Positions 8,340 through 15,680 of a stretch of 24,000 nucleotides of DNA are shown piece after piece. The DNA is taken from contig NZ_LZLS01000065.1 in NCBI RefSeq assembly GCF_001673365.1, forward strand, positions 69,731 through 93,730. The letters are read 5' to 3'. The DNA comes from Mycobacterium asiaticum. GTDB taxonomy: Bacteria; Actinomycetota; Actinomycetes; Mycobacteriales; Mycobacteriaceae. Position 1 is the stretch's first letter; each line of letters begins with the position of its first letter. Below the pieces are notes generated by a model. The model searched no databases. It saw only the letters and a list, made by a program, of their open reading frames with translations, and was not told the DNA's origin. The position numbers and the translations under genes are program-made.

Positions 8340-8690
8340 TTGTCCCGCACCGACGCCCACGATCCGTTATGGGTTCGACTTGCCCGCGGCGATCTCACCG
8401 CCGACGCGCAGCACGCATCCGATCACGCCGTCTGCGATCTTCCCGAACGCCCTCCCACCAATTGGGATGGGTGGTTGCCAATGACTCACTGTCACTGGAC
8501 TTTCCGCTACACCGGGATCAATGTCTGCTCGTGCTGGATGTGCCATGGGGGTCCGCAGCATCGACAGGAGAATCGCAATCAGCGACATCGCGATCGCATG
8601 GCACTGCGCTCCGCGCTTCGCCGGTGGCGTCTCGGTGATGAGTCAGCGTTCGACGATCTCGCTCCGCCATCACGCGTGTACTACTGGTAG
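8340..8690 (+). CDS. Cys/His-rich small protein (putative Zn-binding), function unknown
   Basis: 116 aa. TTG start preceded by GGAGG 7 nt upstream (8326-8330). High GC3. Cys/His cluster MTHCHWTFRYTGINVCSCWMCHGG. The N-terminus MSRTDAHDPLWVRLARGDL recalls small proteins of actinobacterial mobile elements (from memory only). Confidence 0.55.
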   Translation: MSRTDAHDPLWVRLARGDLTADAQHASDHAVCDLPERPPTNWDGWLPMTHCHWTFRYTGINVCSCWMCHGGPQHRQENRNQRHRDRMALRSALRRWRLGDESAFDDLAPPSRVYYW

Positions 8691-8716
8691 CCGGCCGAGG
8701 CCTGGCGTGTGGGTGA

Positions 8717-10186
8717 TCACCAATAGCCAGAACCAAACCCCAGCCGCGTCCTGAACTCCTGCACCTCGGCGTACCCCGGCGGCTTGATCTTCGGCTGATG
8801 GATCGGCTTCGACAATGGGTCGCGCTTGGCCGTGTACTGCTTGCACCACTGCAGCCATTCGACCGCTGCCACGCGTTCATCATCGTCGGTGAGGTGCTCA
8901 ATGCGGTCAGCCATGTCCGCGAGGTAGTGACGCAGCCTACCGACCAGCTCCCAATCGTTGAGGTCGGCAATCAGCCGTTCGCTGAGCGCGTGCTGCACGT
9001 ATGCCTGGCGGGTGAGCTCATTTTCACGCTCGATCCGCTTCTGCTTCTCGACCTCGGCGAGGCGTTCGGCTTCGGTACGTTCGGTGTGGATGAGCGCCCA
9101 TCGCTCGAACAAGGTCATGACGTCCGGCAGCCGCGACTCCAGTGAAATTGTCTTGGTATCCGACCACGACACCTCTGACGAGTAGCGACTGTCGGTGTTC
9201 AGCGTGATCGACAGGCGCCCTGACGGTACATAGTCGTGGGTCGGGATCCGGTACCACGATTCGCGATTGGCGCGTTCGAGTTCCTTGCTCGTCGCTTCGT
9301 GCGGCACTTTGTCTTTCAGCTGAGCGATCCCGACCGAGCACTTGATCGGCGTCACGCCGACTATCACGCAGCCGGACAGCCGGTCACGGTCGTGGTAGCC
9401 GTACCCGCGAGGCTCCCGTCTCGGCCGCTCCTGCACGGTGTAACCGCGAGCTTCGGCCTCTCGTGCCAGGGCGTGCAACAAGCGCAGCGCTCGCTGGCGC
9501 TGCGGTGATCCAATCGAACTCAGCCGATTCTCACTGCGCAGCGCTGCCACCGCGGGGTGCCAGCGCCCGATGCGTTCGGCAGCTACGACCTCGGCTGGCG
9601 GTTGCGTCTTCCACTCCGCTACCGACGACAGCCGCAGCACCTTGTGGTAGTAGTCGACGCCATCCATCAGGATCACTTGCTGGCCGTCTGGTGCCATCTG
9701 CCGCCGGTTGATAATCGCGACCAGGCTCCCGTAGTTGGTGTCATCGTCACGGGTGTTGCGCTCCAGGACGCCACCCGCCTCGATGATGTCCTGCAGCAGT
9801 TTTCGGGTTGGGGTCGGTTCATCGGGCGCTGGCTTGGTGAGCGGTCGTTGCGGCCTACCTTGCTCCGAATGCGCCAACCGCATAATCCGGCTATACGATC
9901 GCCGCTTATTTGGGAAGTGATCAGTCGGATAGTCGCCGTGCTTCAGATAGTAGGCACCCGCAGGCTCGATCGTCGCCTTCCAGCCGCCTTTCTTGGTGAC
10001 ACTGACAAGCCGCCGATTCTGCAAGGCCGCGGCAGTTGCTTTGTACGAAGAGCTTGTCCACCGGCCATCTGGACAACCTTCGTTGATCCAACTGAGTACA
10101 TCGAGCTGGCGGGTGTTGAGTGGAGTATCAAGGGCCACAGGGTATTTCATCACTCCCCGGGCCAGCGTGCTCGTTTCGGTGGACAC
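8717..10186 (-). CDS. Hypothetical 489-aa protein: N-terminal wHTH-like region, central beta-rich core, C-terminal coiled-coil
   Basis: Long ORF with good codon bias. N-terminus LNTRQLDVLSWINEGCPDGRWTSSSYKATAAALQNRRLVSVTKKGGWKATIEPAGAYYLKHG looks like a winged helix. The centre reads GCVIVGVTPIKCSVGIAQLKDKVPHEATSKELERANRESWYRIPTHDYVPSGRLSITL. The C-terminal part contains an E/R-rich helix, TERTEAERLAEVEKQKRIERENELTRQ. The start is either GTG at 10186 or ATG at 10150 (GGGGAG just upstream). Confidence 0.72.
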   Translation of the reverse strand: MSTETSTLARGVMKYPVALDTPLNTRQLDVLSWINEGCPDGRWTSSSYKATAAALQNRRLVSVTKKGGWKATIEPAGAYYLKHGDYPTDHFPNKRRSYSRIMRLAHSEQGRPQRPLTKPAPDEPTPTRKLLQDIIEAGGVLERNTRDDDTNYGSLVAIINRRQMAPDGQQVILMDGVDYYHKVLRLSSVAEWKTQPPAEVVAAERIGRWHPAVAALRSENRLSSIGSPQRQRALRLLHALAREAEARGYTVQERPRREPRGYGYHDRDRLSGCVIVGVTPIKCSVGIAQLKDKVPHEATSKELERANRESWYRIPTHDYVPSGRLSITLNTDSRYSSEVSWSDTKTISLESRLPDVMTLFERWALIHTERTEAERLAEVEKQKRIERENELTRQAYVQHALSERLIADLNDWELVGRLRHYLADMADRIEHLTDDDERVAAVEWLQWCKQYTAKRDPLSKPIHQPKIKPPGYAEVQEFRTRLGFGSGYW

Positions 10187-10676
10187 CGATCAATAAGACT
10201 GATCGGCACTCACCTCGAGCTGGCCGAGAACGACGACCACTCCTGAGTCGAAGTGCCGATGCGTTCCGCCGAGCACGCCGGGGCGACACGCGACACGCCG
10301 GACAACGCCGACATCCCGAGGCTTTGTCCACAGCAAACTACACTGTTGTGATTCGGGATCGGCTGGCCTGACCTGCGGATATCGTACGTTCTCCACAGAC
10401 GCAGCCCGTCTGAACGGACCGTATCCCCAACGCCGCCGATTTGTTGCGACATCGAGATACCGGGTGTCGTCTGCGGCGCGGCCTATGATCCAAGAAGCCC
10501 AGACCAAAGCCGGTTTGGGCCCGGAGTCCTTGGTCTGGAACCTCTTGGCTGCTTGGTCGGCAGGCCTTGACGGTAACACCGGCGTTCGCCGGGGGCAGCG
10601 GTAACCCGCCGATTGTCCGACCTGGACTTCGCCACGCACGGCAATAACCGTGCCTGAACAGTGCAAGGAGCACAGA

Positions 10677-10925
10677 GTGGCGAAGAGCCAGAAGCCCAAC
10701 AGCCGGCATGTCGTTCCGAACCCGAGCGGTGGGTGGGACGTCAAGAAGCCGGGCGCAAGCCGTTCCAGCGCCCATACCGATACCCAGCAGGAAGCGACCC
10801 AGCGGGCCACCGAGATCGTACGAAACAGCGGTGGCGGCGAGGTCCGGATCCACGGCCGCGACGGCCAGATTCGCGATTCCAACACCGTCGCGCCGGGCAA
10901 CGATCCTTATCCGCCCAAGGGCTGA
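10677..10925 (+). CDS. DUF2188-family small protein
   Basis: GTG at 10677 with AAGGAG 7 nt upstream, shorter than the track start at 10650. The sequence HVVPNPSGGWDVKKPGASRSSAHTDTQQEATQRATEIVRNSGGGEVRIHGRDGQIRDSNTVAPGNDPYPPKG fits the DUF2188 pattern (GW.V...g..ra...T..eA...A......g.E..IH..DG.Ir...t...DP.PP). Confidence 0.72.
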   Translation: MAKSQKPNSRHVVPNPSGGWDVKKPGASRSSAHTDTQQEATQRATEIVRNSGGGEVRIHGRDGQIRDSNTVAPGNDPYPPKG

Positions 10926-10928
10926 ACC

Positions 10929-11549
10929 GTGGCCGAGCCGACCATTCCAAGTATCAGCCTGGGGGGTTTCGTCGAGTTCGCTTCGGCGATGTCGAGCGGT
11001 CGAATTACAGCCGTACAGAACGTGATTGCGAACGAGTTCAGCAGGTATGAACCCAGCCACGACTTCTACCGCCAGTTTCGGGTCGCCATTGCGGAAGGCA
11101 TTGCCAACGGCGATGACGCCTTGCGGATCCGCCTGGCCGTCGATGAATGCATCCCGAAACGCCGCAGCCACTACGAAACGCTCGAGATCGGGTGGAACCG
11201 CTGGCGCCGCGGCAAGAACCTAGAGGTGTTCTCGCAGCCGCTTCCCTGGCACGCCAGCGGCCTCGAAGTGCGGGTATCGCCGCAATTCATCTATCGGGCG
11301 AAATCCGAGCCGCTGCTGGTCTGGCCGTACTTCAAGGATGCCGAATTGTCCCGCGACGGCATCCAGGCAGCCATCCGGCTAACCGAGATGACCCATCCCG
11401 ATCGGAAGCGACGCCCCGCCGTGCTCGACGTGCGCCGTGGAACCCTCTACCAGGCCGCGAAGCGGCGCCGTAAAGGATTCGACGCGTGGCTGACAAGCGA
11501 GGCCGCGGCTTTCGTCTCATTGCTTGAATCAATCAGAAATGTGGCGTGA
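10929..11549 (+). CDS. Hypothetical protein (206 aa), middle gene of the DUF2188/PIN operon
   Basis: GTG start 3 nt after the DUF2188 stop. Good codon bias. No motif I can name. Confidence 0.6.
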   Translation: MAEPTIPSISLGGFVEFASAMSSGRITAVQNVIANEFSRYEPSHDFYRQFRVAIAEGIANGDDALRIRLAVDECIPKRRSHYETLEIGWNRWRRGKNLEVFSQPLPWHASGLEVRVSPQFIYRAKSEPLLVWPYFKDAELSRDGIQAAIRLTEMTHPDRKRRPAVLDVRRGTLYQAAKRRRKGFDAWLTSEAAAFVSLLESIRNVA

Positions 11550-11579
11550 CAATCGACATCCCAGGCGCTCACGGCGACG

Positions 11580-12563
11580 ATGGCCACAAAAAAGCGAGTC
11601 ATGCTCGACACCAACCTATGGTCCCGGATCGGTGAGGAGGGCACGGCAACAACGTTTGTCGCAGCCCTGCGCGATATGGGTTACGCGTTCGTCTTGCCGC
11701 CGAGCATGCTTCTCGAAGTCATGCAAACACCCAACGCCGACACGCGGCGCCAGATCGTGGCGGCAATGTCGTCGGCTCAAGGACTGCGCCTCCGCACCGA
11801 GGTTGACCTCTGTACCAACGAGTTTCGCACCGCGCTCCAGCGCAAGCGCCCGGCATGGCTGCGATCAATACCTGACGCCGCTGCCGTCTCAGGCTGGCGC
11901 ACCCACTGGACGAAGCAAGTGTGGCGTGACGCCCGCAACGACTCTGAGAAATTTCACCAGGACGTGGTGCGCCGACCGTCGCTCGCAGCAGTCGACGACT
12001 GGTACGAAACGCAACTCAAGAACAAACAGCGCATGAGGGAAGACGGGTTCTCCAGTGATTTCATCGACCTCGAATTGCGCTGCACGCCCGACGAAGCCAA
12101 CACCGTCATGCCCGGCTGGGATGGATCTTCGACCGCCGGATGGCGGGTGCTGATCGGCGAATACTACTGGTATGTCCTGTCACAACGTCACTCGTCAAAC
12201 GAGACCCAACGGCAGTGGTTCGCCGCCTACCTCGACATCGATCGCATTGTCTCTGATGCTGACGAGTTCGCACAGTTCTTTCTCGCAGAGCTGGAGCCAC
12301 ACGACATCCGTCGTGAGTGGCTGCGATATGCCGTGGGCCACACACAACTTGAGCGGAAAGTGAAAAAGAGCAACGCACTCGACGCGCAGCACAGCATGTA
12401 TCTCGTCGATGCAGATCTCTTCCTGTCGGGCGACCAAGCCTTCGTAGCCGTCCTTCGGGATGTACGGCGTCAAGCACCGTTTCGAATAGCCGATCCGCGC
12501 CGCGTCGAGCTCACGAACTCTTGGACTGATGGCATTATCGCTGCCCTCGCTAGTGTCGCGTGA
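11580..12563 (+). CDS. PIN-like nuclease-domain protein with a large internal insertion
   Basis: The N-terminus KRVMLDTNLWSRIG has the first PIN acidic residue in the usual hhhDTN context. The C-terminus SNALDAQHSMYLVDADLFLSGDQAFVAVLRDV matches the usual D..h...A....hhvT.D..F ending. About 230 aa of Trp-rich sequence lies between them. The gene starts 30 nt after the 206-aa gene. Confidence 0.62.
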   Translation: MATKKRVMLDTNLWSRIGEEGTATTFVAALRDMGYAFVLPPSMLLEVMQTPNADTRRQIVAAMSSAQGLRLRTEVDLCTNEFRTALQRKRPAWLRSIPDAAAVSGWRTHWTKQVWRDARNDSEKFHQDVVRRPSLAAVDDWYETQLKNKQRMREDGFSSDFIDLELRCTPDEANTVMPGWDGSSTAGWRVLIGEYYWYVLSQRHSSNETQRQWFAAYLDIDRIVSDADEFAQFFLAELEPHDIRREWLRYAVGHTQLERKVKKSNALDAQHSMYLVDADLFLSGDQAFVAVLRDVRRQAPFRIADPRRVELTNSWTDGIIAALASVA

Positions 12564-12669
12564 GATCCGCTCGCTCCGACAAGAGCATTACCTGAACTCA
12601 TCACGGTCTAGGCAACATTAGATCCGATCCGAGCGGCGAAACCAGTATGGGCTTCGGTCAAAGTTTTCA

Positions 12670-13005
12670 TTAGAAGTACGTAGTGACAACACAAAGTCCG
12701 TCCGCACCGTTGCCGCCAGCGCCAGAAACATTGCCGTTCAACGACGCTCCGCCGCCACCACCCCCAGCACCGTAGGTTCCGCCGTTGCCTCCCGCGTAGC
12801 CTGCACCGGTAGTGGACGCGCCGGCGCCACCTGCACCGGCACCGACTCCGTGGAATGTTGAGGAGGCACCGTCACCGCCGACCGCCCCGCTGCCAGCCGT
12901 TCCGGCACTAAGACTATTTGAGGCCACCGTTCCGCCGCCGCCACCAGCATTCGCGACCGCGCCTGTGGTGATGCCGCCACCCGCTCCGCCTCCAGCTGGC
13001 GGCAC
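12670..13005 (-). CDS. Glycine-rich small protein or fragment (Gly_rich / phage minor-tail-like repeat)
   Basis: 111 aa, GTG start, no Shine-Dalgarno sequence and no signal peptide. Made of GGxGG/GAGG repeats and ends GGNGADGLCVVTTYF. That ending resembles the G..G.V.I.Y terminus of glycine-rich domains in phage tail-fibre-type proteins. It may be a remnant. Confidence 0.35.
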   Translation of the reverse strand: MPPAGGGAGGGITTGAVANAGGGGGTVASNSLSAGTAGSGAVGGDGASSTFHGVGAGAGGAGASTTGAGYAGGNGGTYGAGGGGGGASLNGNVSGAGGNGADGLCVVTTYF

Positions 13006-13100
13006 AGGAGGAATTGCGGGACGTACTCAGTCGTCGAAGACCGCACCGAATCACTCGCGCGGTTGCAGAAAGGCCTGCGCACCAGGCGATTTGAGCCCCC

Positions 13101-13117
13101 GGGAACGTTCCGTTCCC
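13101..13117 (-). terminator. Hairpin GGGAACG-TTC-CGTTCCC downstream of the 264-aa gene
   Basis: Perfect 7-bp stem with a 3-nt loop, 21 nt beyond the stop at 13138. No U-tract, which is common for actinobacterial terminators but weakens the call. Confidence 0.35.
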
Positions 13118-13137
13118 ATCGCATGCCACATTCGCGC

Positions 13138-13932
13138 CTACTGTTCGAGTGAGACCGTAGACGCCGGTAGCGGGGGCTCGTTGATCGTCGACAGCAGGTC
13201 GCCAACTGCAGAACGGACGTCGGCGACGAGGGCACCACGCTCGTCGAGTCCGACCGCCTCGGCCCACGGCCAGGACCGCGTGACCTCCAGACTGGGACGT
13301 AGATGGACATCGCGACGACCAAGACGATCGAGGAACCCGTCAACCTGCTCATCGTCCTCTGGCCCGGCGTACTGACGACTCCGCAGCCATGGCCACAAGG
13401 TCGACTTGAGATCCTCGCGTGGATGCCCGCCCACCCGAGTGAAGTCATCCCCCGACCAGCGCACGATGTACTCGATCGGGTCCAGGTTGCAGTGCGGGTA
13501 TAGGCGCAGCGGAGCCCCAGCGTTACGAAACGCGAGGTACACGTTGGGACGGGCATGCCAGATCGCGTCCGGCTCTGAAAGCAGTTTGATGAGTCTGGGT
13601 GCCCGCTCGGTCCGGTACAGGGCTTTGGCTTGGGGTTTAAGCTCCGCCAACCAAGTGCGCAAAATCAGGGTGTCGCCGTGCTGCTCCAAGCAGAGCCGCT
13701 GAGTCGATACCGTGCCGATCGCGTCATCGAGCATCGTGACGCCTCCGATCGCGGGAGGCATCACGGGGCGCACGTCATGAACACCGAGAGATTGCCGCAG
13801 GACCCCGATTAGTCGACGCTCGCGGAGATCGTGGTCGTTGCCGGCCTTGCCGAGCGTTCGTGATCGGATTCCGTCATCACCACGGGCGTTGGAGACTGCA
13901 TCGAAGTTGTCGTTGGTCACCTCATCAATCAT
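13138..13932 (-). CDS. Hypothetical protein (264 aa)
   Basis: Uninterrupted ORF with reasonable codon bias. No recognisable motif. Confidence 0.55.
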   Translation of the reverse strand: MIDEVTNDNFDAVSNARGDDGIRSRTLGKAGNDHDLRERRLIGVLRQSLGVHDVRPVMPPAIGGVTMLDDAIGTVSTQRLCLEQHGDTLILRTWLAELKPQAKALYRTERAPRLIKLLSEPDAIWHARPNVYLAFRNAGAPLRLYPHCNLDPIEYIVRWSGDDFTRVGGHPREDLKSTLWPWLRSRQYAGPEDDEQVDGFLDRLGRRDVHLRPSLEVTRSWPWAEAVGLDERGALVADVRSAVGDLLSTINEPPLPASTVSLEQ

Positions 13933-14047
13933 TACGGCGTTGTCGGGTGATGCGCACTCGCTTCATCAAAGTCGAATAGGAGGTCGCCGGTCTTGCCCTC
14001 GCGGACGCGTTCCTTCACCTGTCTGCCTGGCTCGATACGATCGGCCT

Positions 14048-14740
14048 ATGCCCGATGAGCCCAGCGACGACTCTGGCGACCGCGCAAGCGATCCAGGAGA
14101 AGAGCGGTCCATGGGCGATGGAGCATCCGCTCTCGGCGCGCTATTCGCCGAGCAATTGCCGAACGTTCAGCGCCTGCTCGACGAACTGGCGAACGAACAC
14201 CCCGATCTCGACGATCAGGCGAAGATTCGACGCGTCAAAGCACGCGCCGCGCGAAAAATCGCGAGCGCACTAAGAAACGACGACACCGAGCAGCTCCGAG
14301 AGGCTGTGGCCGAATTAGCGGTGGCAATCGCGCTCATACGCCGCTTAAAACCACGGACAGAAGCAGAGTTCGCAGAACTTGGCGCGCGGCTCATGGAGTC
14401 AGCCGAGAAGACCGCGAATCGCCATCAACGCGTCGGTGTTGCAGTGCCGCACGCTGTTTCGGGGATCGAGCGGGTGGCACGACAAATACAACCGATAGTG
14501 GCGGAGCAACTGTTCCGAGCTTTGGGCGGCGCCAAGCCGAAGCAGCCGGGTGCGGCGCGCGATGCATACAAGAGCATGCGGTCGACCGTTTGGCGTGCAC
14601 GTCATAACCGGGAAGTTACGGCTGCGACTGCGACCGCTGCCGCGGCAGCGGTTTCGCGCGCTGTGGATGCTGCGGCCCCGAGGCTCATCGTGCGTATGGT
14701 CGATCGGTCCATGAAGCCCAAACGCACGCATCCCAAATAG
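14048..14740 (+). CDS. Hypothetical Ala-rich helical protein (about 230 aa)
   Basis: In-frame ATG at 14048 within track ORF 13838..14740. The upstream part overlaps the divergent 264-aa gene. An alternative ATG at 14111 has AGGAGA upstream. No motif recognised. Confidence 0.45.
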   Translation: MPDEPSDDSGDRASDPGEERSMGDGASALGALFAEQLPNVQRLLDELANEHPDLDDQAKIRRVKARAARKIASALRNDDTEQLREAVAELAVAIALIRRLKPRTEAEFAELGARLMESAEKTANRHQRVGVAVPHAVSGIERVARQIQPIVAEQLFRALGGAKPKQPGAARDAYKSMRSTVWRARHNREVTAATATAAAAAVSRAVDAAAPRLIVRMVDRSMKPKRTHPK

Positions 14741-14913
14741 AGCTAGCTACCTAACTCCTCTTATTGTTAGTCGCTTTCGTCCTTTTGGACTCGTCAGCAC
14801 AGACACACATCTGTGGAGCGAATATGACAAGCAGACGACGTATCGGAAATTTCCGAGCAGACCGCGCAGTCCCCCGGACTGTCGAACTGCACGTCATGTT
14901 CGCTCCCACGGCA

Positions 14914-15369
14914 TCAACGGGTTCTGACGATGACATTGAAATCGTCGAAGAAGCGGCCGACTGTACCGTCCCGTAGAGCGACGATCCTGGCTCCACCGAG
15001 CCTCCAGCGCTGCAGCCGTTGGTCGTAGTCATCCAAAATGGCGTTGGCCCGCTCAACTCCCAACACGCGCACCGCAATGTTGTATACCCAGCGCTGATGA
15101 TCATGCTCCGCACGATCGAGCTCATCGATAATCTGGACGCGGGCAGTCTCGTCAGTCACGAAGTGTGCGTCGATCAGGTATTGGGTGTGGAATGCGTCCG
15201 GAAGGATTGATCCGCTTGGATCACTGCCGGACGACTCCTGATCGTCCTCGGAGCTGTAATAGAACGAGGTCGCTTCGCCTGGCGCATTCTTTGCATGGCG
15301 CTGCGGATCCTGGCCGTCGACTTCGATATCCGACCGGAATCTCACTCCGCTGTACCAAATATGGGACAT
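14914..15369 (-). CDS. Hypothetical protein (about 151 aa)
   Basis: ATG at 15369 (MSHIWYSGVRF...) with GGGGAG upstream. The track start at 15396 is also possible. No motif recognised. Confidence 0.45.
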   Translation of the reverse strand: MSHIWYSGVRFRSDIEVDGQDPQRHAKNAPGEATSFYYSSEDDQESSGSDPSGSILPDAFHTQYLIDAHFVTDETARVQIIDELDRAEHDHQRWVYNIAVRVLGVERANAILDDYDQRLQRWRLGGARIVALRDGTVGRFFDDFNVIVRTR

Positions 15370-15442
15370 ATTCACACTTTCTCCCCATCGCGGCATGCGT
15401 TGCCATTCACCGATAGGTGAAGCGTGTATTTCCGATACACAA

Positions 15443-15484
15443 GATGAGGCTTCCGCCCTAGGGGACTAGGGCAGGGGCCTCATC
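15443..15484. terminator. Long nested hairpin (candidate bidirectional terminator or structured RNA/DNA site)
   Basis: GATGAGGC-TTCC-GCCCTAG-GGGA-CTAGGGC-AGGG-GCCTCATC. This gives 8-bp plus 7-bp perfect stems, with an internal TTCC/AGGG segment that can pair partly. It lies in the intergenic gap between the minus-strand genes ending at 15681 and starting at 15369/15396. Confidence 0.45.
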
Positions 15485-15650
15485 TCGTATGTCTGCTGTC
15501 AATATGTCGGCAATGCCAGACACAGTACAAGTTGGAATCTGTCAGATAGACAACTCAAGATTAATTAAACATATTATGGCCAATAACGCAATGGATCATT
15601 GAAGAACAACGCCGCAACGAACCACATGCCAAAGCGGGTGAGCGTTCATC

Positions 15651-15667
15651 GGAGATTTGTTATCTCC
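15651..15667 (-). terminator. Short hairpin GGAGAT-TTGTT-ATCTCC just after the 433-aa gene stop
   Basis: 6-bp perfect stem, 14 nt downstream of the stop at 15681. Weak on its own. Confidence 0.25.
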
Positions 15668-15680
15668 CGTCGAGCGCTAA

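Noticed and set aside
8688-8719. Both convergent genes (116 aa and 489 aa) end in Tyr-Trp
   Set aside because: A two-residue coincidence with no supporting pattern.
10499-10538. 9-bp inverted repeat CCAGACCAA...TTGGTCTGG as a standalone regulatory element
   Set aside because: A few such 9-bp inverted repeats with spacers under 40 nt are expected by chance at this window size and GC content. I mention it only as context for the long intergenic region.
10190-11171. 236-aa and 277-aa minus-strand ORFs
   Set aside because: They overlap each other and the DUF2188 and 206-aa plus-strand genes. They are Arg/Pro/Gly-rich, have no motifs, and have no start context.
12738-13556. 272-aa minus ORF and 187-aa Pro-rich plus ORF (12812..13375)
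   Set aside because: These are alternate or antisense frames of the glycine-rich ORF and the 264-aa gene. Poly-Pro is the expected antisense image of poly-Gly codons.
14824-14976. 50-codon plus-strand ORF (MTSRRRIGNF...) with GGAG 5 nt upstream
   Set aside because: It is short, overlaps the 3' end of the opposite-strand 151-aa gene, and has no motif. It cannot be supported from sequence alone.
15540-15552. TGTC-AGATA-GACA here and TTGAC-AGATA-GTCAA at 21216-21230 as copies of one operator
   Set aside because: Only the AGATA centre is shared, and the arms differ (GTC/GAC swapped). This is not enough to claim a common binding site.
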